A stretch of 64,000 nucleotides of DNA from Mustelus asterias. Lineage: Eukaryota. The notes below the pieces were generated by a model. It worked only from the letters and a program-made list of their open reading frames with translations, made no database searches and was not told the DNA's origin. The first letter of the stretch is position 1. Each line of letters starts with the position of its first letter. Both the position numbers and the translations under genes were made by a program. This document shows positions 36,975 to 48,744 of this stretch, piece by piece. The DNA lies in the NCBI RefSeq assembly GCF_964213995.1, contig NC_135818.1, positions 69,564,001 to 69,628,000 of the forward strand, in the 5' to 3' direction.

Positions 36975-38989
36975 GTGAGCCTAGTCAAAGAGAAAAAGGA
37001 AGCATTTGTCAAAGCTAGGAAGCTGGGAACACACGAAGCAAGTGTGGAATACAAGGAAAGTAGAAAGGAACTTGAGCAAGGAGTAAGGAGGGCTAAAAGG
37101 GGTCATGAAAAAGCAATGGCCAGCAGGATTAAGGAAAATCCCAAGGCTTTTTATACATATATAAAGAGCAAGAGGGTAGCCAGGAGAGGGTTGGCCCACT
37201 CAAGGACAAGGGAGGGGAAATCTATGCGTGGAGCCAGAGGAAATGGGCAAGGTATTAAATGAGTATTTTGCGTCAGTATTCACCAAAGAGAAGGACTTGG
37301 TGGATGATGAGTCTGGGAAAGGGTGTGTAGATAGTTTGAGATCATGTTGAGGTCAAAAAGGAGGAGGTATTAGGGTTCTTGAGAAACATTAAGGTAGACA
37401 AGTCCCCAGGGTCTGATGGGATATACCCCAGAATACTGAGAGAGGCAAGGGAGGGAATTGCTGCGGCCTGAGAGAAATCTTTGTATTCTCACTGGCTGCA
37501 GGGGAGATCCCAGAGGATTGGAGAATATCCAATGTTGCTCCTTTGTTTAAGGAGGGTAGCAAAAATAATCCAGGTAATTACAGGCCAGTGAGCCTTACAT
37601 CAGTGGTAGGGAAATTATTGGAGAGGATTCTTCGAGACAGGATTTATTCCCACTTGGAAATAAGTGGACGTATTAGTGAGAAGCAACATGGTTTTGTGAA
37701 GGGAAGGTCGTGTCTCACGAACTTGATCAAGTTTTTCGAGGAAGTGACGAAGATGATTGATGAGGGTAGGGCAGTGGATGTTGTCTACATGGACTTCAGG
37801 CCTTTGACAAGGTCCCTCACGGCAGACTGGTGCAGAAGGTGAAGTTGCATGGGATCAGAGGTGAGCTGGCAAGGTGGATACAAAACTGGCTCGGTCATAG
37901 AAGACAGAGGGTAGCAGTGGAAGGGTGCGTTTCTGAATGGAGGGCTGTGATAAGTGGCGTTCCTCATGGATCAATGCTGGGACCTTTGCTGTTTGTAATA
38001 TACATATAAATGACTTGGAGGAAAATGTAACTGGTTTGATTAGTAAGTTTGCGGACGACACAAAGGTTGGTGGATTTGCGGATAGCGATGAGGACCATCA
38101 GAGGATATAGCAGGATATAGATCGGTTGGAGACTTGGGTGGAGAGATGGCAGATGGAGTTTAATCCAGACAAATGTAAGGTGATGCATTTTGGAAGGCTT
38201 AATACAGATAGGAAATATACAGTAAATGGCAGAATCCTTAAGAATATTGATAGGCAAAGGGATCTGGGTGGACAGGTACAAAGGTCACTGAAAGTGGCAA
38301 TGCAGGTGGAGAAGGTAGTCAAGAAGGCATATGGCATGCTTGCCTTCATCGGCCGGGGCATTGAGTTTAAAAATTGGCAAGTCATGTTGCAGCTTTATAG
38401 AACCTTAGTTAGGCCGCACTTGGAATATAGTGTTCAATTCTGGTCGCCACATTACCAGAAGGAGATGGAGGCTTTGGAGAGCGTACAGAAAAGATTTACC
38501 AGGATGTTGCCTGGTATGGAGGGTATTAGCTATGAGGAGAGGTTGGAGAAACTTGGTTTGTTCTCACTGGAATGACAGAGGTTGAGGGGCGACCTGATAG
38601 AAGCCTACAAGATTATGAGAGGCATGGACAGAGTGGATAGTCAGAAGCTTTTTCCCAGGGTGGAAGAGTCAATTAGTAGGGGACACAGGTTTAAGGTGCG
38701 AGGGGCAAGGTTTAAAGGAGATGTACGAGGCAGATTTTTTACACAGAGTGTAGTGGGTGCCTGGAACTCGTTGCCGGGGGAGGTAGTGGAAGCGGATATG
38801 GTAGTGACTTTTAAGGGGCGTCTTGACAAATACATGAATAGGATGGGAATAGAGGGATATGGTCCCCGGAAGGGTAAGGGGTTTTAGTTAAGTCGGGCAG
38901 CATGGTCGGTGCAGGCTTGGAGGGCCGAAGGGCCTGTTCCTGTGCTGTAATTTTCTTCGTTCTTTGTTCTTTTGTTCTTTGTTCTTTGA
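36975..38989 (+). mobile_element. 5'-truncated CR1 (HER1-like) LINE, frameshifted
   Basis: PGNYRPVSLTSVVGKLLE, QHGFVKGRSCLTNL, KFADDTK, RPHLEYSVQFWSP; (TTCTTTG)n tail. Confidence 0.95.
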
Positions 38990-39097
38990 TTTCTACGTAA
39001 GCAGTATCTGCAACTGCACACAGTTACTGAAGTGTTTTTAATATTTAGAATTGCCTGCAGAGGATGTTGATGCTTCTTCTTTTCTCCCCTTGGCCAG

Positions 39098-39247
39098 AAG
39101 AAGATAGCGTATTCGATGAATCAGATGTACACGACACCCCAACTGGAGCTTGCAACAAGGAACCACAAACCTTCTTTGCAAGGCTGAAGAGGATAGGGGG
39201 GAGTAAATCGGTAAAATATCAACCAGTCGAGATGAATGCACAGAAGA
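39098..39247 (+). CDS. UNC79: UNC79 exon
   Basis: CCAG acceptor, GTAAG donor; EEDSVFDESDVHDTPTGACNKEPQTFFARLKRIGGSKSVKYQPVEMNAQK; phase 1 to 1. Confidence 0.96.
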
Positions 39248-39784
39248 GTAAGTTTCTAATACTCTTTCACGGGAAAAGCATATGGCTGTCAGAGGTAATT
39301 AATCATTACATGCCAACAGTGTAGGAAGCCTGTGATTTTGTGAGCATCTCACCCTGTGCCCACCTGTCAGGAAATCACTGTAGCACCTTTGACCTTGCTG
39401 TGCTCCTATTTCCCGCATGTGCAAGTAGGTAAGTATAGTTAAAACATGACCAGTGTAATTTTCAGCCAGAATGGGGTGACTTGTCAAATTGTTTGATATT
39501 AAAAATCTGCTCGTCCGTGCCATTGTTGTCCACATTCCCAAAAAAATGTTTTAGAAAATCATCAGGGTAATAACCCCATCTGCTTATGCACTGAACAGCA
39601 ACAGCCCCTGCATGATGGAGCTGACCAACTCCAAAGGACCACTGGATTTCCAAAAATAAACAGAGAGGTTAATGTCACTCCCAGCACAATGGCCTATATC
39701 AGGATGTCCAACCAATGGTCAGGGCCCAAAACCCCACATCTCAAAAAACTTAACATTTCTTATTTGCTTGGCATGTCCTGTTTT

Positions 39785-40088
39785 AAGTTTATTTATTATT
39801 GTCACAAGTAGGCTTACGCTAACATTGCAATGAAGTTACTGTGAAAATCCCCTAGTCGCCACACTCTGGCGCCTGTTCGGGTACACCGAGGGAGAATTTA
39901 GCATGGCCAATGCACCTAACCAGGACGTTTTCCAGACTGGGAGGAAACTGGAGCACCCCAGAGGAAACCCATGCAGGCATGGGGAGAATGTGCAGATTGC
40001 ACATAGACAGTGACCCAAGCCAGGAGTTGAACCCAGGTTCCTGATGCTGTGAGGCAGCAGTGCTAACTACTGTGCCACCGTGCCGCCC
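39785..40088 (-). mobile_element. V-SINE, second tail type
   Basis: Reverse complement of full head, V-domain and AATAAATAAACTT tail. Confidence 0.9.
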
Positions 40089-40441
40089 TATGTTTCTGTT
40101 TAAATTCTAAAGCTTGGAATGGTAATTCTTAATATTGTTGCTTCACTGGTGGATAAAGAATGAATCAGTTCATGCATATCTATTTGTACCTTCAATTGGG
40201 ATGAATGCAAATTCATAAGTAAATGAAATTAAATTTTAAATACCCGTGGATAGCACCCACAATATTTTAGTTTAGCACCCAACAGCTCTGTCAATGTTAT
40301 TTAATGTGGTTAAAATGTTGGTATGATTTGTACATTTCATCATTTTTTAAATTAATGATGTATAATTGTAAATTTTATTGGATTTAATTGAAATTGCATG
40401 TGTGAATTCCTTTTGTAACCTTATTGCTTTTTTTCCTTTAG

Positions 40442-41647
40442 GCTCAGAGATAGAGCTGTCAGAATACAGAGATTCCAGCCTTTTGCCAGACAGTATAATG
40501 CGCTGTGGTACATCTCCACAATTGCAGGAGAGTGTTGCTCAAAAGAAAAGAATGTACACAAATAAGCAGCAGTCACTTGACATCGGAAATGCAGATTCTG
40601 TTCTATACTCTTTAGATGAGCATCGCAGAAAGTCGTGTCAGGATAGATGTGAATCTGCAAGACACCCAAGCTTTCCTTCCTGCTATCCTCAGATGGAAAG
40701 CATGTATAGAAGACCAGAGCTGGATTTGTCTGTCAGTGCAGAAATTGGAGAACTTCAGGAAAGGTCCTCATCTGCGGAAAACTCTCAAGAAGGGAAGCGT
40801 CCGGTAATACCAGAAGTCAGACTCAGTTGCACAGAAACATTTGAGACTAAACTTGAATCTCCTGAGAAACATCTTTCCTTCCATAAAGGAGAAAGCAATC
40901 TGATTGACTTATCTTCTGACTCATCATCTGCCCATGAGAAGCAGTCAATTCTGTCAAGTTCTGATAGTGATTCACTGGTTTTTGTGCCTCTCCCTCCTCT
41001 CAGAATCGTAGAGAGTGATGAGGAATGCGAAATGCAGAATACCCCTAACAACAAGCCAAATGGGAAAGCTAACTCAATTACTCACAATACTGCATCACTT
41101 AGCTTGAATGTCACACCAGTTGTAAAAGTCAATGTTGAGGATTGCTCAAAATGTCTGGATTTTGGTAATACATCTTTGCTAGATACTGAGAACATTTTGT
41201 CAATAGCTCTCGCAGATGGAAAAGACTTTGAAAATCTCACGCCACAGAAAAATTCCAAGTGTTCTGGTTGTGAGAGCCCACTAACTCTTAAACAGAAACG
41301 GGAAAACCTCAAGAAGTCATCTGCTGTCCTGGACATATCGCAGGATGACACCGATGAGTTTCATAGAGATGACATTAAATTGGAAAGCCCATTACCAAGC
41401 CCCATGGTTAAAACGGTATATCTCAAACTTCCTACGGAAATTGAACAGAATGAAAAGTCAAACACAGAGCTGTCTACAGATAAGGATACTGACCAAAAAG
41501 ATGAAAGTGGTGAAGAAACAGAATTCAAAATCCAGATTGTTCCACGGCAGAAGAAGCAAAGGAAGATTGCTGTTAGTGCTATTCAGAGGGAATACCTTGA
41601 CATCTCCTTCAATATTTTGGACAGAATTGGAGATCAGAGAGACACTG
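40442..41647 (+). CDS. UNC79: UNC79 large (1206-nt) exon, low-complexity/disordered region
   Basis: TTTAG acceptor, GTAAG donor; inside 428-aa ORF 40378-41664; motifs SLDIGNADS, RPVIPEVRL, SDSDSLVF.PLPPLRIVESDEE, EFKIQIVPRQKKQRKIAVSAIQREYLDISFNIL. Confidence 0.96.
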
Positions 41648-41762
41648 GTAAGGATTTGAAATGAGTTCATCTTTGTGTCACAACCAAGTTTGTTTCAGCA
41701 TGTGGTGATTCCATGTGTTTTCTAGTTAGGCGAAGTAACTTTGATAAGGCACAACAGTTGAA

Positions 41763-42070
41763 GGGTGGCATGGTGGCACAGTGGTTAGCACTGCTGCCTC
41801 ACAGCACCAGGGACCCGGGTTTGATTCTTGGCTTGGGTCACTGTCTGTGCGGCGTCTGCATGTTCTCCCCGTGTCTGCGTGGGTTTCCTCCAGGTGCTCC
41901 AGTTTCCTCCTGCAGTCTGAAAGACATGCTGGTTAGGTGCATTGGCCATGCTAAATTCTCCCTCTGTGCACCCAAACAGATGCCGGAGTATGGCGACTAG
42001 CGGATTTTCACAGTAACTTCATTGCAGTGTTGATATAAGTCTACCTGTGACATTAACAAATAAACTTTAA
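41763..42070 (+). mobile_element. V-SINE, second tail type
   Basis: GGGTGGCATGGTGGCACAGTGGTTAGCACTG head; tail ends AAATAAACTTTAA. Confidence 0.9.
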
Positions 42071-42577
42071 TCTGAAAGTTGACCGATTCCAAGTTGTTTG
42101 CATTTTAAAACCAGTAAATAATTTTCACTTGCGTAAATGTACCTAACTGAAACAAAACAGAACGAGTTGGGCTTTTTTAAAAAGATATTTGATGTGTGGG
42201 TTAATAGGTGCAGAAATGGCATGCATTATATTGGTCTTGCATTGAAATGGCACCTTTATATTTCTTATACTTATGATATTCTGAGCTTTCATCATTATGA
42301 TATTGAATTGATTACATGCTTGTTTTGAAGTAACTATTTGAAAACAGCACTAGTTATCAATAACTAAGGATTTTGTTATTAACAATTTAGAAAATCAGAC
42401 ATTGCATTCTGATCTATTGATGATCATTTCAAAATATATTATTTTAGATAATTTGTACAGTTTGGGATTGACAGTGTAATGTAGTTTTAATATTATGCCT
42501 TTAAATATGCAGATCAGATGGAAGGGAAAAATATTACTTTATATCGTTTTAAAAAAAATAAAATCCCTCTTCCTTTC

Positions 42578-42847
42578 TAAAGTAAAGTACATTTATTAGT
42601 CATAAGTAAGGCTTACATTAACACTGTAATGAGGTTACTGTGAAATTCCCCTAGTTGCCATACTGTGGCGCCTGTTCAGGTCAATGCACCTAACCAGCAC
42701 GTCTTTCGGACTGTGGGAGGAAACCGGAGCACCTGGAGGAAACTCACACAGACATGGGGAGAACGTGCAAACTCCACACAGACAGTGACCCAAGCCGGGA
42801 ATTGAACCCGGGTCCCTAGCACTGTGAGGCTAACCACAGTGTCACCC
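42578..42847 (-). mobile_element. V-SINE, second tail type
   Basis: Reverse-strand head, V-domain and tail with small internal deletion. Confidence 0.88.
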
Positions 42848-42974
42848 TCTGCACTCTGTCAACTGCACCACTTGTCTTGTTCCAAGTTGAGATGAAGGGA
42901 AGTGGATAGCCTAGGAATATCACAGTTGCAGAAAATAATTAACAGTCTGATGTGCCATCGTTGGGCTATGAGGT

Positions 42975-42998
42975 GGGGGGGGGGGGGGGGGGGGGGGG
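42975..42998 (+). repeat. G24 homopolymer
   Basis: 24 consecutive G. Confidence 0.9.
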
Positions 42999-43589
42999 TT
43001 GTTAGTTCTTAATAAGGGGAAATCTGCCCACAACCCACCATGAATGCACCTACTTCCAGCTTAACCAAATAATTTGTAAAACAGGTCGTTCACCTACTCT
43101 TGAGAAGCGGGTCAGCTTTTAATAATATTTAAGCAAAACTGCAGGCTGAGTTTCCCAGGGCTCAGGAAATCTGGAATCTAAATTGAGCTCAGAACTTCTG
43201 CCTCCAGGAGGTAAGTGCTATACCAGCATTGTTTGTGGGTTAGGAGGAGCAAGATTGCTTCACCTAGTTCTCACAAGCTAAGCTGCCAGGATACAAATTC
43301 TCCCCATCCTTATCTGATGCCGATCTTTCCATCATCTGGTGATCATCCCCCAATGATCTCCCCACTCCCACCCCTGTGATCTCTCCCTCCCTCCCCTATA
43401 GTTATTGGCTAGGGCCATTCACCATGCCTGAAAGCCTGATAACCAACCAGAATTCAATGTGCCCAGCTGCTGGGTGAGAAATGGAGACCAAAAGAGTCCG
43501 ACCATTTAAATAAGGAGGTCCTGTGTTTCCAGGTTCCCCACTGCTAAAGGTCTCCCCACTCCCTCCCCAGCTTCCCCTTAAATTTATTT

Positions 43590-44262
43590 TTTATTCTTTT
43601 ATGGATGTGGATGTCGCTGGCAAGATGAACATTTTTTGTCCATCCCTAATTGCCCTTGAGAAGGTTGTGGTGAGCCACCTTCTTGAACTGCTACAGTTCA
43701 CCTGGTTCAGGTACACCCATAGTGCTGCTGAGAAGGGATTCCAGAGTTCCAGGATTTTGATCCCGCAACAGTTCAGGAACAATATAGTTCCAAATCAGGA
43801 ATGTGTGTGGATTGAAGGGGAACTTGCAGATGGTGATGTTCCCATGCGTCTGCTGCCCTTGTCCTCCTGGATAGTAGAGGTCACAGGTTTGGAAGGTGCT
43901 GTCGAATTTGTCTTGGTGAGTTGCTGTAGTGCATCTTGAAGATGGTACACACTGCTGCCACTGTGCATCAGTGGTGGAAGGAGCGAATGTTTAAATTGGC
44001 AGATGGGATGTCGAACAAACAGGCTGCTTTTCCTTGAATGCTGTCAAGCTTCTTGAATGGTATTGGAGCTGCACTCATTGAGGCAATTGGAGAGCATTCC
44101 ATCACACTGTGGACTTGTGCCTTGTGGTTGGTGAACAGGTTTTGGGAGTCAGGAGGTGAGTTATTCCTGTACAGAATTCTGACCCACTGTTGCAGTCGCA
44201 GTATTCATATGGCTCGTCAAGTTCAGTTTCTGGTCAATGGTCACATGCAGCATGTTCATAGG
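43590..44262 (-). mobile_element. Old LINE 3' end (CR1/L2 group)
   Basis: GGATGTGGATGTCGCTGGCAAG...CATTTTTTGTCCATCCCTAATTGCCCTTGAGAAGG; related ends at ~16575 and ~55365. Confidence 0.6.
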
Positions 44263-46366
44263 GAGGGATTGTATAAGATTGTAGCTAGTTTTAAGAGCTC
44301 AAAACTTATTCACTTGAGGAAAATGTGTATGAGGCAATATTTTGAGTAATAGAAAAGAATCTACAAAAAAAAACTATGACACTGAAAATAGTTTGTAAAG
44401 TAATTGTTTTACATATTTTTGCACCATTGTTCTTCTGGTGTGTGCAAAGATATAATATAGTTTTACTGTTGTGTTTTTTAGCTATGTGCATTAGACAAAA
44501 GATTTATTTGGCTAGCTGCTTTCAAAACAGCTTTTAACGCCAAACTTGTGTATTAAGTCCACTAGTTTTGTTTTACTGATGTGGTTAGAGTGGGATGAGG
44601 TTTCCAAGATAGTCATTTTAACAAATAAAACTAATGGCCACCACCCCATCTCCTCTCCTCCTCTATTTAGTACAGAAAATGCAATAGGGTGTTTCAACAT
44701 TTCTATGATATTCTATTTATTCTCACATAGGATATCAAGCTATTGCTATGAAATCAGGTTTCGAAAATTCACAACATTTGAATAAAATAAAGATCGAGGT
44801 TTTGTCTTTTATAAAAATTAAGAGGGAAAATCCCAAGTTCAAAAATGTTACCTAAAAATCTCAAATAAAATCACACAATTTCTACAAAATCGCCACAGGA
44901 ATACTTAGACCCTTGCATGGACTATGCAATCAAACAATGACAGCTGAAAGCTTCCCAACTATGGAATGGAAGCTAAACAAATTTAAAAAAATAATAAATT
45001 AGTAGTAATTTCCACATATTTAACAACCAGTTTTTGTAGAAATACAATATTCTATTTTTTTTCCTCTTGGTGCCTTATTTATGTCATAATCCTGCATCTC
45101 GTTGGTATTTAGCTGAGAGGATAAGCAGATGACCTGCTTCTAGAAATCAAATGCTGATCTGTAACTTTTCTTGGAAGGAAGCAGGAGTAACAATTTAACT
45201 TTCCCCTCTATAAGGAAGGAACTCAAGTCTCTGTGCACTCTCCTGTAGGACAACCCAGAGCGAGAACTTGTCAGTGCAAATCTATCCCTGCCATTCTGAC
45301 AGCACATTGGTGTACAATGTGCCACCATACAGTTGCTAGTAATTTAACTTAAATAACGCACAGTTTTACTATGGTGGCTAAATTAATTTGGACCATCTGT
45401 CTATCAGTTGTTGTATCATACAGTCCACAATTCTCACCCGTTAGTGCACGCAAAGCAAAAAGAGCAATTAGCTGCGGTATAGTGTAATGAGCTGATCGCT
45501 TTCAGAATTTTCAGTTTACCCAAAGGTGATTCTGTACTTTGTGCAAAAGGGTGGGTTAGCAAGGAACACAGATTAGAGATTGAGCATTGCGCTCCCAGCT
45601 CTCTGACCAGTGCTCCCTGAGAGTACTGCTCCCTGCTAGCAGTGCCGGCTCGTAAAATAACTCATCCTTCTAGTAAGAGTACACAGAGCGACATTTCCTG
45701 TAGTGACAGATACCCACTGCAAACTGGTTCAGCGTTGTGTACAAGTGTGTGTTTGTGTGTCTGTCTCTTGGGGGAGGTTGCAATTCAATTGCAAGGAGTG
45801 TGCACACGGATCGGCAATTAACAGTATTGACTCCTGTGCGTTTTCCGCAAATCTGTGCGAAGTAAATATTCAGCTTGCTAAATGACACCAGCTTCTGTTG
45901 TCACAGCATTAGCACCAAAAGTGAAAAGCAGACAAAATGCAAATTAAAAACCATAAGCGATGAAAATCTGAAACAAAAACAGAAAATACTAAAAATGTGC
46001 AACAGGTCATCCAGTATCTGAAAGAGAAAGGGCAATGTTTCAGCTGGGATTCTTATTTAATATTTCTCCACAAACTTCAGTTCCAGAGATGACAAAACTA
46101 GTAAAATGTTTTAAATGGAGTAAAGGTTTTAATTTGATTGGTGGATTTTTTAAAGTGCATCAGCAGACTGCTGACTTTTGTTTTGCTTCCGACAGCTAAC
46201 GCTGAGGGAGAACTTCACACATTTTTGTTCTTCAGTATGAACTCAAGCTGCTTGCATTGAGTTTGCACAGCGTGTCGAGTCTAATGTGAGTGTCCCCATA
46301 GTTATGCTCCTGCGATTGAAAGAAGTCAGAAGTAAAATTGGACAGAATTCTTGCCCCTAATCATAT

Positions 46367-46701
46367 TCATAGAATCTCTAAAGTACAGACGGAGGTCATT
46401 CAGCCTATTGAGTCTGCACAGACACTCCGATTGAGCATCTTACCCAGACCCTAATCCTGTAACCCCACATATTTACCCTGCTAATCCCCCCAACATTTTG
46501 GGACACATAGGGGCAATTTAGCACGGCCAATCAACCTACCTTTGGACCTTGGGAGGAAACCGGAGCACCCAGAGGAGACCCACACAGACACGGGGAGAAC
46601 ATGCAAATGCCACATAGACAGTCATCCAAGAGCAGAATTGAACCCAGGATGCTAGCGCTGTGAGGCAGCAATGCTAAGCATTGTGCCTTCATGCTGTTCC
46701 C
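46367..46701 (-). mobile_element. HE1/V-SINE-type SINE, diverged
   Basis: Reverse-strand GGAGGAAACCGGAGCACCC core and TCATAGAATC tail. Confidence 0.85.
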
Positions 46702-47530
46702 TCTGTGTCGCTATGATCTAGTAACTACTGCTGGAAAATATGCATGTGTGAGCAGGATTGTGTAGCAGGGGATTGGACTTTGCAGTAATGCCTCCTGCGG
46801 GCAGACAACCTGCTGTCAGTTACTACCATAGCTCATGCATCACAAATTGTTAGTTTGGGAGAGGCACTGGATAATATTTGGCAAAACAGAGCAGCATCCA
46901 CAATCGAACATGCTGGTGCCTTTCAGATTAGAGGGAGAAAAGATAGTCGGGGTGAGAGGATTTTCTGTCTATTTTCCTCATTCATTTTGCAGGAGTTTTA
47001 TTTTAAACATAGTAAATTTAATGCTCATACAAGCAGATTATTGGAACTGTTCTCCATAAACTCCAAACACTAATTTGCTAATTGCTTATCAAACTGAATC
47101 AGGACAATGCCACTTTACTCACTAAGCAATGAAGTGTTTGACTGCTTTCTAAGTGCTTTAAGCTATTCCAAATAATCATTCAATTGAAAACTTAAGTCAG
47201 CTTTTATTTTAAAATAATGCCTTTGTATTGACCCCCTTTTAAGTGTATATGAAAATTTGTGAAAACATATTACGTATTTGGAAGGCATATCAGTTTAATC
47301 TTTTTTAATCTTTTTGAATAGAGTTTGAGTATTTTATTTTAAATGCTAACAGCATGGAGAATTCTCAAGAAACTGTAATCAAATCCCATAGTAAAATCAT
47401 TAGAATTTTATTAGTTAAGTTTAAAATATCAACCTTCAATGCTAAAATTTAGTGCAGTTTCTCATGGTAGTTTGAAGTTGTGAAGCTTAGAAAAAATGAG
47501 TTATATTCCTGGTACAAAATTGTTTTGCAG

Positions 47531-47638
47531 ATCAGTCTGTTAAAGGTCTTTCAGCTCTGGATATGCCAAGAGAATCTGCCTCTGCTCCAACACTAGAAGC
47601 AGCTGTGCCAGAGACCAGTAGCCATTCTTCCATATCAA
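47531..47638 (+). CDS. UNC79: UNC79 exon
   Basis: TTTTGCAG acceptor, GTAAAC donor; DQSVKGLSALDMPRESASAPTLEAAVPETSSHSSIS; phase 1 to 1. Confidence 0.94.
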
Positions 47639-47818
47639 GTAAACTAATTAAAATACTGTGTACAAAATGCTTGTCTAATCAGTTCCACACTTCTAATAGT
47701 TTTTTTTATATTAATACAGCAGCTCGGTGTACATAAACACAAGGCCATGACAAACAAAATAAAATCCTTGTTTCTGGTCACTGTGTGGATCATCATCAAA
47801 GCTGTGGGTCAACATTTT

Positions 47819-47954
47819 GGGTGGGATTTTCTGGTCCCAATGCCGATGGGTATCGTTGCGGGCGGGTAGGAAGGTTTGGAGAACCATTGCTCTCCAAATG
47901 TTCCTGTACCACCTGCAATAATTCCCACCAGTGTTGGGCTGGAAAATCCCACAC
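47819..47954. mobile_element. Fold-back MITE (whole-length hairpin)
   Basis: GGGTGGGATTTTC...TTTGGAGA / TCTCCAAA...GAAAATCCCACAC, arms ~63 bp. Confidence 0.75.
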
Positions 47955-48126
47955 TTTGGCCGGAACTTTAATGGCATTCTCCGTTGGCCTCGGGCGGGCG
48001 TGTTGGTAAAACTCCACCCTTTGTCTCCTTAATTAGGTTCTATCTGGTATGGTTCCACCTCAAGCTGAATTGTGTAATCATAGTAACTACAGTCAGGCCA
48101 TTTTGATTCTAATATGAGAACATTAT

Positions 48127-48740
48127 ATAAGAAATAGGAGCTGGAGTAGGCCGTTCCATTATTCAAACCTGCTCTGCCACTCAATAATATCATGGCTGAT
48201 CCAATCCTGGTTTCAATTCTGCTTTGCTGCCTACCCTGCTCTAGCCCTTGACTCCTTTAAGATCAAAAATCTGTCAAACATGGCCTTACATCTTTTCAGT
48301 GACTCATTGCCTACTGCTCTTTGGACTAGGGATTTCTAAAAATTAACAACCCTCTGAGCGAAGAAATTCCTCCTTACCTCTGTCTTAAATGGGAGACCCT
48401 TTATTCTAACACATGCCCCTTAGTTCCAGATTCCCCAAGAAGGGGAAACATCCTCCCAGCATGTACCCTGACAAGCCCCTTCGGATTCTTATGTTTCAAT
48501 AAAATCACCTCTCATTCTTCTGAACTTTGAGGAGCATAGGCTCACCCTGCTCAACCTTTACTCTTAAAACAACCATTTCCTTTCTCTCAAATCAACTTTG
48601 TAAAACTTCTCCAGACCGCCTCCTTTGCAAATATACCTTAAATCAGAAGACCAGAAACTGTGCACAAGGTCTTGTCTTACCAAAGCCCTGTAGGATTGTA
48701 ACAAAGTTTCCCTACTTTTTTACTGCAACAGTGCTTATGC
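48127..48740 (-). mobile_element. CR1-type LINE 3' end, degraded
   Basis: ATAAGAAATAGGAGC.GGAGTAGGCC start and AAGAAATTCCTCCT...TCTTAAATGGGAGACCC typical CR1 3' region on minus strand. Confidence 0.65.
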
Positions 48741-48744
48741 CCTG

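Noticed and set aside
33961-38887. RT-like ORFs as active retrotransposon genes
   Set aside because: Both CR1 copies are 5'-truncated and contain stops or frameshifts; they cannot be autonomous.
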